A DNA stretch of 63,686 nucleotides, filler included, from Lenisia limosa (GCA_001655205.1; 11 parts of 11 records of this genome joined end to end with filler, not necessarily neighbours in it), one strand, 5' to 3'; shown: positions 42,001-55,900, counted from the first letter of the whole stretch. The notes: generated from the sequence alone by a model not told the origin. Program-made: numbers and translations.

Positions 42001-45000
42001 TGTAGTAGTCGCAATACTCAGAAGGAAGCCACGAGAGAACGACGATGGTGTCAGTAGTAGCGTCGACAGTGATGTTTGTGGGCTGTGTTGGGGGGCTTTG
42101 AAGAGTTGTAAAGACTGTCGCGTCGGACACAGGGGAGCAGTCTGAGGGATCTCTGCAGTACATGGCGGTGATAGCGTACTCGGTGAGGGGAGTCAGAGAG
42201 CTGACGGAGATGATGGCATCAACGGTAAAGGTCGAACATTCTGAGCAGTTTCCGGAGGCCACTTCGGTGACGTTGAATACAATGATATAGGTCTCAGGGT
42301 TGAGAACAGAGAACTCTACTTCGGTGTCAGTTGTGCCCTTCACGACAGCGGAGTAGGGCTTCGGAATCGGCGGCAGAGGGGTGCTAACGGTGGTTTCGGC
42401 CGCGGTAAGAGAGAACAATTGGCCGTTGTACGAGAATACCTTGACTGTGAAGGTTGTGTCGGGTTGTGCGTCAATGACAACAGTTGTTCCGACTGTAACT
42501 TCCACGTATCTCAACGCGAGGCTTGTGGACTCAATCCAATACTCAGTAACTGAAGGAGACAAAGAAGCAGTCCATGAGAGTGTGATGGCGTCGTGCTCAA
42601 CCTTGGAGACAACTAGGCCAGTAGGCGGTTCACTGGGGACCGCAAGAGTGGTGAAGGTCACAGTAGCTTGAGCGGACTCGAAGCTGCCCTTGACAGAAAT
42701 GACGTAAATAGTGTAGGTGGTGAAGGGCTCAAGGCCACTCACAACGTATTTTGATCCATCGGTTGAGGTGACGTTGACGATAATGTCAGTGTCATTGGAA
42801 ATGCGGTAATCAAGACCGATGACGGCATTCCAACTCAGAACAGCGGAATGGGCCGCCGGGTCAGCACGCACAACCGGAGCAGGCATAATTGCGCATTCGT
42901 TTGAGGCGTCAACGCATTCCAAAAGGGGACAGAGCACACAGCCGACCTGACCACAGAGATCTACAGATCGGGTTTCGCTACATTTCGGCATGGTGATTTC
43001 CACTTCCGATCCCGAGTGGGTGTATTCTCCGAAGTCCAGATCGGTTTTGAGAATGAAAGAAGGCTCGACAGCGGACCAGGCTTGCTTATGTTGGAATTCA
43101 AACACGGTTTTGTGGATGATATAAGGGATGACAAAGTTTCGATGGACAGTGACAAGAGGTAACGCTCCTGTGTAAGTCGTATCATTTAGAGCCCATTCAA
43201 CTCGGTAGCTCATTGTGTCGGCAAGGGTAGTGACGGTGTAGGTCACGTCGAGGGCTGTATAATTAGAGGGGGAATACTTCCACAATAATCGTAAGATGTT
43301 ATCAAGAAATAAAGCAACGTGCCTTTTTACCCTCATAGCCAAATTAATACCCTCTCCCCACAATTTGTTTTTATGAACCCCCACAACAAGATAGCATCCG
43401 AATTAATAACCCCCCCCCCCTACNNNNNNNNNNNNNNNNNNNNNNNNNNNNNNNNNNNNNNNNNNNNNNNNNNNNNNNNNNNNNNNNNNNNNNNNNNNNT
43501 CCACCCGGGATACATTGGCCAACTCCGCATTCCTGACGTGTTAGATGGGAAAGATGCAAGCATCAATTGTTTGTTTATTCGGTATTCTGAGAGGGTAAAT
43601 GTGCATTGACTGCGAGAAGTCCTGACACGGATATTGAGATTTAGCTTCACTTTTGTAAAGATACAAAAACAAAACAAAACAAATAAAACTAAAACTAATA
43701 ATAATTAATCTTTTTCAAAAAAAACAATAAGGGTAAGCAATTCGGATGTTAGGATCGGACCCACTAACCGCGCAATCATAGGGATCAGTGCAGGTTTCAA
43801 CCTTGGAAATTCCGCTGGCACCTGGGCAAGTGAGTGGTAATTTGTCTTCATGGGGTATCACTACTTTATTCGTTTTCCAAGATTGTTATTGTAATATGTA
43901 TATTTCTAGTTCAAAAACAAAAACAAAAACAAAAAGAGACGATTCAATCACATTGTCATGATAATTAGTGCTTCCTTAGCGCCCCCAAAGACCATTAAAA
44001 TATCGATATTTATCAGGTATTTATCGAGGATTAACGAGAACCAACTCAGTCTTTTTTACAACTGCAGGCGACGCTTTGAAAAAAAGAATGAATTCCTTGA
44101 AAAATCGAGAAAATAAAAACGTCATCTGGACCGAAAATGAAGCTCTAATACGGTATTCTCCAGAAAACAACTAACCTGGGGCGTTGAAGTTTACACAACC
44201 GCGAGGCTCAAGGTCGAAGATGCACTCCTCGTTGTGGAAGCAGTTGGCACATTCCATAGACGGACAGTCGACTGGGGGGGGGGGGGNNNNNNNNNNNNNN
44301 NNNNNNNNNNNNNNNNNNNNNNNNNNNNNNNNNNNNNNNNNNNNNNNNNNNNGGCTGACAACACACGAGGGTAACACAAACAAAGCCCAGACCAGTCACT
44401 TCTGCAGTACCGCATCCCATCACTGAGTAATTGTCAAGTGTTAATAGTATCCCATGTGTTTATTTGTTTCCCAAGATTTTTAATGAATAAAAGACAAACC
44501 AGAAACTGGGCATTTAGTGAGGTTCGTCATTGCCTCTGGGAAGTCTTCGGTAAAGTGAACACAGGCATTGGAGGTAATGTCAAACTCACATCCAGATACC
44601 TGCATTGTAAGACGCTGTAACAATGAAACAGAAACTCCGGATTATATCACTTTACGGTCTGTAAATCAAAGACCGAAGATTCAGATATTAGTTCAAGACA
44701 ATTATCAATATATCGATACGCACAAAGCTGAAGCTAGAATTCTCCAATTCTCCAATTTTCAATTACAATTTTCAAGTATCCATTTCTCCAAGAATCTCCA
44801 ATCCTATAATTTCCAATTCTACTATTCTCGCCAAAGCGTACCTGGAGGCAAGAGTAGCAGTTGGCACGAGAGGCACAACGCAGATCTTCAGGACAAGTTC
44901 CCGGGAGTACAACCTGTCAAATATTATGAGAGGATATTAACTGCAAGGATATTTCGAATCAATTTTATTGAGGTTCCCGGGAGAACAACCTGCAAATATT

Positions 45001-46281
45001 ATGAGAGGATATTTCGAGGATATTTCGGGAGTGAATTGAGGATAGTTCTAAGGTTCCCTGCTTCCATAATAAGCCAAAAAAAATCAATAAAAAAAATTAC
45101 CCAAATGATTGTGTAACTTTTTAGCCAAACTTCATGTAACTTAAATCAAAATACCTGGACGTTGTAGGGGAGGCCGAAGTCGTCCGAGCACAATCCAGTC
45201 TGAGAATTGAACGAACAAAGTCCGTCAGTGCAGTCCTTGCAGTTGCTGTGATCCTGGGATGTTAGGGGAGTGTCAGGGTTATTTAGGGGTGTTGTTGGGT
45301 TGGGGGTGTCAGAGCTGACGGCACCAAGGTGGAGATGGTAGAGGAGTAAACAAAAAATAAATATGAAACAATAATCACAAAATCCCCCCCCCCCCCCCNN
45401 NNNNNNNNNNNNNNNNNNNNNNNNNNNNNNNNNNNNNNNNNNNNNNNNNNNNNNNNNNNNNNNNNNNAAGGGTGTCGAAAGAGAGGGGACAGAGAACGTC
45501 GCGATCATTGATTTCGAGAGGATCACTCAGATCCCATTGCTCCTTGGCAGCTGTTTAATTAGTATTGATGTACAGGGGGTGGGGGGTGGGAAGTATAAGC
45601 AACGCACGCTGCTTCACAGCTGAAACAGACAAGATGTATAGCATGTCATTAAATTCTTATTTTATTCTCTTAATATTGTATAATTCCCCAATTGTTTTCC
45701 ACGATTTATGAAGAAATTAGGCTCATCTAAAAAGAGGGTGGCAGCGTCTGTTGTTAAAAAAAATAAAAAGTGGTAAAAGGTGTAAGCCCCCTTTCCCTCA
45801 AACCGTTGTAGGTAACACACTGAGCCTCACAGCCAGGACAGACGAGAGTGGCGTCCTCGTTGAACGCAATCCGAACCGTTCCGCTGACTTGGCTGACGGC
45901 GTAATGTGGCGCGAACGTGAGCATGTATCCGAGGGGCTTTTCGATTGCAGCGGGGCTGGCGACGAAGGCGGCCGGCCCCGGGTAGGTTGCAATCTGGAAA
46001 ATAGTGAATTTCTAAAACAAAGCGAATTGATGGGGGTTCTGGAAAATAGTAAAAGGAAAGAGGTAATAAAACGAAAATAATAATCCAGGGTATCCACAAC
46101 CATTCCATTTGCTTACGCCGAAAGAAACATCGTTTTCGTGAAGGGACTTATTGATGTTAATTGTAACACCGTTGTCGCTGAACGTGAATTTAGCAGGGTC
46201 TTCACTAGGAACAGAGAGGACGCTCGTGGTTCCGTGGATCTCTGATTGCCAGCTGCCGGCGTCCATTTCGGACATAACTTC
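36040..46281 (-). CDS. Very large single-pass surface receptor/adhesion protein: Cys-rich PSI-like repeats, ~4 FN3, cadherin-like/Ig-like segments, REJ, GAIN/GPS, TM, short tail; 5' end missing
   Basis: 1785-aa ORF with FN3 cores (LSWNAV...VSGLEPFTTYTIYV; LSWTAS; LTPLTEYAITA); REJ-like NSAPYAGDIHM...FNWEDRQGGVLTYQW; CGNGVIDEYEECD Cys repeat; GPS motif VCHLSTFAVA (~36840-36870); TM IVFVLIGFVVIGGAAAGAFVAL; terminal exon VVEPSSSAI* ending 36040. Confidence 0.85.
37671..37886 (-). mobile_element. Family A cassette ending at the splice acceptor (internal N gap)
   Basis: Minus strand: GTGATGGGATGTGGCGCTGCAGAAGCGATTGGCC...TTCCAATTTTACCCCCCCCCCCCAG|GATGG. A further degenerate copy lies at ~36285-36420. 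Confidence 0.85.
44272..44423 (-). mobile_element. Family A cassette ending at the splice acceptor (internal N gap)
   Basis: Minus strand: GTGATGGGATGCGGTACTGCAGAAGTGACTGGTCTGGGCTTTG...CCCCCCCAG|TCGACTGT. Confidence 0.85.
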
Positions 46282-46499
46282 CTAGTCGGGTAAGTGACTC
46301 CTAATTCGGGAAATATTGCATATTATTGGTCACAACACCAATTCGGGAACTATTGCATATGTGTATTGGAAAATAATCGTGTAAGCGACTACTTTCCTNN
46401 NNNNNNNNNNNNNNNNNNNNNNNNNNNNNNNNNNNNNNNNNNTTAATTAATTAANNNNNNNNNNNNNNNNNNNNNNNNNNNNNNNNNNNNNNNNNNNNA

Positions 46500-49400
46500 C
46501 CCTTTTCATTTGATTCAACGTCCTCCTTGCTTTCCGAGGAAGGTGACTGGTTTATTCGAATGGCCGTGTCACTGGGGGCCTCGCGAAAATCCTTGGGGGG
46601 GGGGGTAAATAACGTTCGAGCAATATGTTAAGTGAAAAATACGCATGCTGCATAGTTCATAGTTACAATATCCTCTACAATTAGGGATTTCTCACGTCAG
46701 AAAAAGATTTCGAATAGGCTTAAAAACAATCAGACAATACATCAAAATAAAATCAAATAACATGACACTGTATAATACGATGCAGTCAAAGAAAAAATGA
46801 AATAAGAAACATTAATAAAAGGTAACATAAACATAACCAACACCAACCTGCATCTTGTTGGGGGACACGCTGCCTAGAGATTCAGCGATTTTGTCGAAAT
46901 GGTTATCAGGGTACGCGATGGTGCGGCCTTGGCTCTTCCAACCTGATATATTATTGGGAATCAAGATCAAGATAATTTCTAAGTTAAAAAACTTCTGTTT
47001 ACTTCCCAGATATGAATTTCTAGGTATCTCTGGACTGCATTACCCAACTTTATGCCCTGGAATTGAGGACATCTTTCTTCGGGACTGAAAGGAACAACAT
47101 ATCATACCATACATGGAGCAGTCACAACAAAAATGCATTTCCGATATCCTCACCTCTGATGGGCGGCCAGTATTTGAGATGGATGAAGCCCTTGAGGACC
47201 TTATTGCGACACGCTTCGAAGAGGGACTCGAAATTGGGCGGGATGGCGATGATGGAAGAGAGGCCGGCAGGGAGGGAGAGGAAGTCAAGGTTTCTGAATT
47301 GTCAGTCTGGGGGGAGGGGGTAAAACTGGAAAATTTATGAAACAAAAAAACAAAGCCCAGGTCAGTCGCTTTTGCAGCACCGCATCCCATCACTCCGTGG
47401 GGGTAATAATTGAAAATTTAGGAAACATAGCACCCCACTCCGAGAGAAAAAAAAACTGTTAAAACGAAGGAAGTTTCGAAGAATACTGGCCGTAAAGGAA
47501 ATTGACTCCTAACAACCTGTTATGCCAACATACCTGTTATGGCATTCGATGGTGTGGAAGACGTTGGGGGAGTAACACGTCGTAAGTACGTTAGTAGGCA
47601 AGTCAAGACCGAGGCACTGCGTAAGCGGTCGGATCGAGTCGAAGATCAGGAATAGGGATTGCAGGGCTGTCACAGTCTCGATTGTGGGGCTGCAGCGTGA
47701 GGCGTGTTGAAGAAATATAATTGAGACAATGGGGAAAGTGAAGAAGTGATATGCCACAATTATTTTGAAAATACAGCAAGTGAACAAGAGGTATGTTTAG
47801 GGCTTCCCTACGGTCCCAAAAATGGCTGAATTTCTCGATAAACATCGATATTGTAACGGTTTTTTTCGGACTGTAGCGAAGGCCTTGATAGGCCACAATT
47901 ATTTTGAACCTCCCCCAGTTAGATGAAAACAACGCACCGTTCAAGGCCTGTATTGACCGCTTTGCCAGCAACATTGACGCCGCTGATCGGAGGCGAGGCT
48001 GGGAGATATGCACCTAACAGGGGATGTGCTTCGAGAGGAACTGTCTGGAGGGGGGGGAGGGAGTAAAATTGGAAAATTTATGACAAAAAGCCCAAATCAA
48101 CTCTGTNNNNNNNNNNNNNNNNNNNNNNNNNNNNNNNNNNNNNNNNNNNNNNNNNNNNNNNNNNNNNNNNNNNNNNNNNNNNNNNNNNNNNNNNNNNNNN
48201 NNNNNNNNNNNNNNNNNNNNNNNNNNNNNNNNNNNNNNNNNNNNNNNNNNNNNNNNNNNNNNNNNNNNNNNNNNNNNNNNNNNNNAAGCAGTGGCGTGTC
48301 AGTGACGCCACGTGGGGACCGTAAGCAGCAAAGTAGCGCAAGACCGGGAGGAAAACTGCCATTTCAGGCGTGCTTGTGAATCGAGGTGTTTCCGGCTTGC
48401 CATGCAAAAACAGCTCTGGGCCTGGAAAATTTATGAAACAAAAAAAAAGTCCAAAATCAACTCTGTTGGCTGACAACACACAAGGGTTGATAACAAAAAA
48501 AATAAACAAAGCCCAAGCCGGTCGCTTCTGCAGCACCGCATCACGTGAGATTAGAATATTTAATGAAGCAACCCCCTTCCCCTCAAAGAATCAACTCTGT
48601 TGGCTAATCATTTTACACACACACGAGGGTTGAAAACAACAAACTCAAATAAAGCCCAAGCTAGTTGCTTCTGAAGCACTCCAGCACCACCCACCAATCA
48701 GGTTATTACATTCCTCCAGCACCACCCACCAATCAGGTTATTACATTCCTCCAGCACCACGGATAAGGCTGAAGACTGAGGGGTTAGAGTCAATGTTATT
48801 ACATAGCTCTTGAACCTTATTGAGAAATACAATATGAATTAAAAAAAGAGAAAACTCAAAAAGACAATAACTCGTCGATACTGACCCTAACATAATTAAC
48901 AAACTACATAAATGTGATTTTTGTAGGAGATAAGAGAGCAAAGAGTGAAGACATCAGAGGTATAGGTGAGGCTTCACTTCGGTTCGGGAAAATATCGATA
49001 GAGGATTTATCGAGAAATTCAGTCTTTTTCGAACCGAAGTGAAGCCCTAAGTATAGGTCATCAATTAATAATAGACTATTTTATAGCCCTGAAGATCTGA
49101 AAAACTTCCTTGTTATAAAGGACAAAGAGGGATGGACAAAGAAGCACTTAAAAAAACCACTCCACCTTTGCTTTAAAAAGAGAGAGAAAAACACGGCACA
49201 CCACTCTCACCTTTGCAAACAAGTTGGCTAGGGGCGGAATACCGGGAATACCAACATGCGTTTCACAGACCATACTGGGGGGTGGCGGTGAATATATATA
49301 TACATATATGTACATACATTAGATATTGAAATGAGAAATAAATAAGTGGAGGAGGGTAAGAAAGGAATTACGACCTACCCATGGGGACAGTTTAAATTCA

Positions 49401-51471
49401 GTGCACCATAACAGGCAACACTAATAAGAGAAGAAACCACACCATCAACCAAAGAGAATAACAAAATTAAGGTGGTTCAGTCCTTTTTTTGATTTTGCGA
49501 TAAATTGATGAAAATGTGAAAAGTAATTAAAGCCACAACCATAAATATCACTTATCACCACTGCTTGCAAGTTTGATAAATTTTTGAAGAATATGTGGTC
49601 TAACCTCAGCAAAATTGGGCTTATCTAACAGTAGCCATAATGGGGAGCAAGAGGCCTTTGTGGCCATCCCACTCAATTTTGTGGAAACCTTTTCGCAGGT
49701 CAGTAAAGTAGAAGGAAAATCTTGCCGAAATAGGAAGATAACAGGGGGTCTGCCCTTTCTGCATGCCCCCCCCCCCCCCNNNNNNNNNNNNNNNNNNNNN
49801 NNNNNNNNNNNNNNNNNNNNNNNNNNNNNNNNNNNNNNNNNNNNNNNNNNNNGATAATTACTCAGCTTTATGATAACTTACACGCTAAATAATCATTACT
49901 TTTCTCGTTTTGCAAAATATATCGCCCAACAAATCAGTGATAAGAAGAAACAGAGCATCTGATAATCTGTCATACCACCCAACATAAGCAAAAGAAAAAA
50001 ATTCGATCTTCGTCCGAGAGCTGAAATGGTAATTGTGTGATGATAGGCCTCAGGGTTGTCTCCACGTAATACACAAGAATGATGATATGATAATATTATA
50101 TACTACTGATAAATAAATCAATACTACACTATGTTGTATTTTTTTTTATGATACATTGGATGACCTTTATAGAGAGAACGGATTGAGGGAGCCCGAAGTA
50201 AGCCATCATACCACACAAAAGCCCCTTGATGAAGCTCTGACCAGGACGTAACTGTCACCCTGGCTACAGCCGTATCAACCCCACGCACATCACTCTCCCC
50301 AGTCCAGTATGTTAGAGATCCGATTCCCTGATGCAACTTTCCTTTTTCATTGGTTTTTTTTTCATCAAATTTTTACCTTCCTCGCCCCCTTCCTATTGTC
50401 TTCCTCGCCCAGCCCGCGCCTCGCACTGCTCGCACTCCAGGTGGACACAACATAATCCCATTATACCAACAACAGCCATTTTTGTGTTTTGTTATGAATA
50501 ACACCCCCCCCCCNNNNNNNNNNNNNNNNNNNNNNNNNNNNNNNNNNNNNNNNNNNNNNNNNNNNNNNNNNNNNNNNNNNNNNNNNNNNNNNNNNNNNNN
50601 NNCTCATTGGTCTCATTGAGAATGGTGCTGAAAGTGACTTCATCAGCCGAGTCATTGAGGCTTTCAAGGGGTAACTCTATATATCATAAAATGTAGCAGT
50701 GCTGTAAAGAGTATTTGAGCTGAAAGTTGAAATAGTATCTCGTAACTCAACCATTGTCAAACTCTGTGTTGTTCATTGTTGTAGCAGTCTTCAGTGCTCC
50801 CGTTTGCTGCTCTTTTCTTTCTTTTGGGATTGTTTTTAGATGCGCTCAAGGTGCCCAGAAAAGCTCTAGACAAAACACAAAATTATTACTTTGTATATAC
50901 TCCATAACAGGACCACCTTACCCTCAGAACAAAAAAAAAAGAAATGGGTAAGATCAAGAGGGTAAGTTCCTCCAATAAATAAACAATTAGGAGAACGAAT
51001 AAAAGGCGAAAAAAAAAAAGACGAAAAACATAGAGTATATTGATATGCATAATATATGCATTCGAAATTTATACAAGAAAACTGCATTGAGTTCAAGGAA
51101 AATCATCACTCAATGATGAAAGAAATGATGACAAGCCCCTGAAAAACAATACCTGGGGGGCACAGCACCCTGCTGGCGGCGATTCATGTTGCCGGTCGTG
51201 GCTAGGAACTGAACCGCGGAGTCTGCAGAAATCTTGTAGCCTTTCTTGGACTTCGCTGGGGGGTGACGAGCTTATTTATGACAGGAAGAAAGGAAAACCG
51301 GGGTGTTAGAAAAAAGTAAATAAAAACCTCCAACAAGTACCTGGGTCCAGCGGGAAGGTCGGGTGGGGGCAGTAGAGTTTGAAGCTCTCCTTGGCAAACA
51401 GCGAGAAAGTGGCTCGGATCAGGGGCTTGACTATAGCGTTGACTGAGTGGCGCGGTGACGTCACTACTGCC
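46500..51471 (-). CDS. Hypothetical protein, multi-exon, partial
   Basis: Exons such as KSKKGYKISADSAVQFLATTGNMNRRQQGAVPP, VQELCNNIDSNPSVFSLIRG, PELFLHGKPETPRFTSTPEMAVFLPVLRYFAAYGPH, NLDFLSLPAGLSSIIAIPPNFESLFEACRNKVLKGFIHLKYWPPIR; family not recognised. Confidence 0.45.
47307..47393 (-). mobile_element. Family A cassette with internal deletion
   Basis: Minus strand: GTGATGGGATGCGGTGCTGCAAAAGCGACTGACCTGGGCTTTGTTTTTTTGTTTCATAAATTTTCCAGTTTTACCCCCTCCCCCCAG. The two GGGCTTT halves have recombined. The functional acceptor may be 13 nt further on (ACTGACAATTCAG). Confidence 0.85.
47798..47886. mobile_element. hAT-type MITE (family B), degenerate
   Basis: TAGGGCTTCCCTACGGTCC...GGACTGTAGCGAAGGCCT; TSD not preserved. 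Confidence 0.65.
48045..48680 (-). mobile_element. Three family A cassettes (48045-48106, 48422-48544, ~48585-48680)
   Basis: All on the minus strand like the host gene; the first two end at acceptors (...CCCCCTCCAG|ACAG and ...AAATTTTCCAG|GCCCAG). Confidence 0.8.
48681..48760. repeat. 35-nt tandem duplication anchored at a 5' splice site
   Basis: CCAGCACCACCCACCAATCAGGTTATTACATTCCT x2 plus a partial copy; minus-strand donor G|GTGCTGG. Confidence 0.8.
48967..49049. mobile_element. hAT-type MITE (family B)
   Basis: TGAGGCTTCACTTCGGTTCG...CGAACCGAAGTGAAGCCCTA; flanks GGTATAGG and AGTATAGG (7/8). Confidence 0.85.
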
Positions 51472-51587
51472 NNNNNNNNNNNNNNNNNNNNNNNNNNNNN
51501 NNNNNNNNNNNNNNNTTAATTAATTAANNNNNNNNNNNNNNNNNNNNNNNNNNNNNNNNNNNNNNNNNNNNTTTTTTTTTTCACAGC

Positions 51588-52600
51588 CTTTGATGGAAAC
51601 AACAGTTTCTCGTTCTCACTTAACAGGTCGAATGGGACTCAGAAAAAGAGTGTTTCGAATCAATTGCAAAGGTTTTGGCCCACTTCTACGCACCCCATCC
51701 CCCACCATCCCTCCCTGCTGCAGAAGTCACCCGATTAGCCGCGCTTACTTTAAGTGGGTGGGTACTGAAACGAAGCCACGGCCCTTAGTATGGGTCCTTT
51801 GCTCTCAGTGAATTTTTAATGGGTTGTGAAAAGCTTTGTGTTATTACTTCTTACATCTTCTATCGAAGCTGATATTCAAGTTATATTGTGATCTTGAGCC
51901 CTATTGTCTCATTCGTCTTCCTTGGCTCACATTCCTCACTTTTCTAACTTTTCTAGAATCCAATTTCTTGGCCCCTGATTCCGAAGGTAACGAGCCCTCT
52001 CTGGAGCTCATTGCAGGTATGTCCAAGTCCAACAAAGAATCGGGTTTTTCTGTTGTGTGTCTCTTTGTGTGTACATTATTTGCTTGAATCTTTGTGATCC
52101 TAGTTTCAATAAGAGTTACTGCAAAAATGAATTTCCTCGCTTAACAGTTGTTTCTCACTGTTGCTAGAAAATCGCTAGCAGATATTAATATTTTCAAGAT
52201 ATTGCACTATGTTCTTTTTTACATTTTCTTTTTTTGAATGATTGCTCCTGGTAATTGCTTAAGGGCGCAAGGCAGTGGCAACTAGCCGCTATCACATTCT
52301 TCCTCACCTCAAAACTGTTCGTCCACCAAAGGAGTGGAGAAGAGAAAAAGTGGGAATATTGCTTTATATTTATTATATTTTATTATTATTTATTACTATA
52401 AAGCNNNNNNNNNNNNNNNNNNNNNNNNNNNNNNNNNNNNNNNNNNNNNNNNNNNNNNNNNNNNNNNNNNNNNNNNNNNNNNNNNNNNNNNTGCATTTCA
52501 TTCATGTTCCCAACAATTACTTCTTTGACCCATTTTTAGGTTGTTGTCGAACTTGCCTGTCTCAACCAGCTTTACAAAGTCTTTGAAAGATGTTAGCCCC
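51588..52600 (+). CDS. 3' exons of a hypothetical protein
   Basis: Exons ESNFLAPDSEGNEPSLELIA and terminal VVVELACLNQLYKVFERC* with plausible splice sites. Confidence 0.3.
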
Positions 52601-52941
52601 CTATTTATATGGTATTTCTATTTTCCTGATGTACATTAGAACCTTTAAAAATGATAAGAATGGTCCATCAATTACTGTACAGAAAGAAACAGTCAAAAAA
52701 TAAGTCTCACACAGACCACATAAAAACTATTGTGATATTACACAACTTGCTTCAGCTCTACAAAATCGCCCTGGTCGGTTTCTTCCACCTCCACTACTGG
52801 CGCTTTAGGGCTGAAATGTCAGTTGAGAGACAAATGAGTTGAAAATGGGAAGAATAGGATGTAATATAATAGTTGCATTTCAGAAACACCACCATAGCAC
52901 ATTCTGGGATAATAATCCATAAAATCAACATCCACATCAGC

Positions 52942-55900
52942 TCACGTTACGATAGTTTCTTGGTGAGGCGGCGAGGGGCCACTCTTCAAAGAGCCTTTTT
53001 CGGCCTTGCTGGTTGAGGTCTCGAACTCGGGATCCTCAATGTCCTTGGGGGCCTTGGTGGGGGTGGGGTTGAGCAGAGAGTACAGGGCAGGACCGAGCTG
53101 GGGATGTGAGAAGTAAAAAGACAGCTCAATTACAAGGAAACCATGATACTCATGTATTTCTGTAGTATGCCAATGAAGATGATTATGAAATGACTTCAGT
53201 GACATGCCATTTTTTCCCCACAAACCACGATGCCTGCAAGAAGGCCGCACACCACGAGGGTCACAACCATGTAGAAGAAGGACTTGAAAACGAATGACGA
53301 TGAAACAGCCTGGTTAGGTGAGTGATTCAATTGTTTCTTAACCATCAATAACAAATTTGAGTTTATAACCGAAAACGGGTTTGTTTCCCCTGCCCACCAT
53401 AACCATGACTGCCAGGAACGTGGAAAGACCACCATTGAAAATAGACGCACCCACCTGTGATTGTGAGATACCAATTGTGACAAACTGAGTTACAAAATAA
53501 GCAATACCAATTGTGTTACAATGATTTTCCTTGCGTACCGTGGAGAGGGCGAGAGAAACACGTTCAGTGGGGTTTCCAGGAGTGATCAGAATCACATAAG
53601 ACGAGTGCAGACACAAATCAACTAGCAGACCAATTGCCCTAAATTAGTGAGATACGAATGGAATAAAAGGGCAATTGTAAGATCAACGTTGTACATTGTT
53701 GGGATTCAATGTTGCTTACATAATGATTTCAATCATGGTGACGGTGTTGAGTGCCAGGCCGAAGAGTTTGATGGCAAAGATGAGTTGAAGGTCGACAATG
53801 ATGACAAGAAGGAGCATGATGAATGCTAAAGTGTTAAGTCATGACAAAATTAATAGTTCAGAATCAAAACAAATACAATTATTGAGAAATGGGTACAAGA
53901 ATTCTTAATCATGCTCCGCAATATCTCTTGTAAAGGGCAATGTCACTAAACATAAAATAAGTTTCCCACCTCCAAGGGGCTGGATCATGATAGGGAACGA
54001 GAAGACGAAAACAGTCAAAGTGGCGATGATAATGTTTCTGTAGATCTCGTCAACGACACCAGCCTCGCCCCGCCTGAGGAGAGAGTTTTAGAATTGAGTC
54101 GATATGTAACACAAAATCAGGTTTACAAAATGATGTGTTTGTTAAAATGGTTTTAATGTGAAGCCCCTCTCACAAGAAGGTAAAGATCCATGCAAAGCAA
54201 TACGTGTCAAAGTCAGCAGGAGAGCGAGCAATGACCAGCTTGGTGGTAGCGATGATGTCTTCCATTGCTAGTACATGAAGGGGTATTCAATTTTAATAAA
54301 AGAAAAGGATATGATCGGGTATAAATTGATGATTTTCACAAATCGAACACAAATTGGCAATGGATAGCATCATGTATCATATCTATCAATTCCCACCATC
54401 AATTTGGCCGGTTGTGGATGGCAGCTGAATTTCGCGGCACTCCATACGGGACGTGGTAATGAGAAACTCGCTATCCTTCTCAAAGATCACCTCGGTCTCA
54501 TACTTGACTGTGTGGTCAAATTAATGATTTGATAGCGATTAATCGTTCATTCACAATATCATAACCAGGTGAAATGTTTTCAAAATTTAGTCTGAAAATC
54601 GAGCCCCCCCCCACTGCCGTCAGAAGACTTCAGGAAATCAGCAAGGGCACGGTAGAACTCAACATCATCATCAGGGAATCCGTTGTCCCTATAGCAAATG
54701 AAATTTTTTCCTGTAATATGGCAAATAACTGTTTATCGTGACAGCGTGTTATGAATTGTTGCGAAGTGTTTCCTACCGAAGATTGCTTGTGTGGTTGTTG
54801 AGGGGGTTGCTAACCCAAGTGCGATAGTCGTAATACCAGCCTAAAATAAATAAATTGGTTTCAAAAATCAATGTAATCCTGATAATCAGAAAACAAGGAA
54901 GCATCATACTTCACTTCCATCCCGCCTACCTCCAACACTGTTGGGCGCAATGATGTCAAGGCCTTGGATTGTGGAAAGCATATCGTCCACAGCATCCTGA
55001 GGAGATTAGAAAAGAAGAATATGAAATAATTCGATATGATTTCAACAATCGAATATTCTCGGACAAACAACCGCGCAACCCACCTGATAAGTCCTGGCGC
55101 TATAGTCCATCTGCTTGAAGACAATACTGACCGTTTCTCCGACAGAGCTGAATTTTGTTTCGACGACGTTGTTGTAGTCAATAAGGTAGTGTGACGAGGG
55201 ACTAGATGGTCAGCGGTTTTAGTACAATTATCAGACTGATATTCATGAATAAAAACAATAATAGTGAAGATAATACGTCTTCGCCCTAATGAAAAGAATC
55301 AAGTGGTAATAAAACGGCATGTAGCTCACATGAAGTCATTGAAATTCAGTCCAATCTCGACGGTGATCATACTCCAAACTCCAAGACCACAGGTGACTAA
55401 ATATGTTACAACACAGAAACAGAACTGAAGCGGAATTGAATGACAGAGTTGCAATCGATTACCTATATAGCTATATAGATATGGTTGGAGAAAAGAGGAT
55501 CTCAATTAGTATGTTTGGTGACTGATTATTTCCATCAAGCTAGATTCTTAAATTCCAACCAACCAAGGAAAAGAAGTACCACAATGATTGCAACTGGTTT
55601 CTTTGTAATAAAGCGAGCATAAGGGCCGCCAAGGAACTTTGACAGTCCTGCTAGTTCCCCTGAACTCTCTTGAGGCTTGACTGAGACACAGCAGGGAAAG
55701 CATGCAGAGCTAAATGGTAAAAACTCGTAAAATTTAGTAAAAACAAGTTTGATTAGAATGTAAACGATGATTCAGATTTGTCATCCCCTGGCATACTTGA
55801 GCTTCTTGACACGACGTTCGTCTAACACTAGAAGGGCAGGGAACACAATAAACATGGCAACATAGGCGTAGAACACACATAAGGCTGCCTAAAGTGGTTA

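Noticed and set aside
38049-42671. Numerous plus-strand and alternative-frame ORFs over the big exon
   Set aside because: Shadow ORFs expected opposite or overlapping a long GC-richer coding exon; no recognisable motifs.
47040-47393. Family A encodes MGCGAAEATGLGF, resembling an N-myristoylation/palmitoylation leader
   Set aside because: The frame to the downstream exon varies between copies through homopolymer indels and there is no sign of codon-level conservation; it would need TSS or ribosome-profiling support.
46850-47710. UBR1-type E3 ligase C-terminus
   Set aside because: Only a vague LP..F..L resemblance; the Cys/His pattern and YLD.YGE motif are absent.
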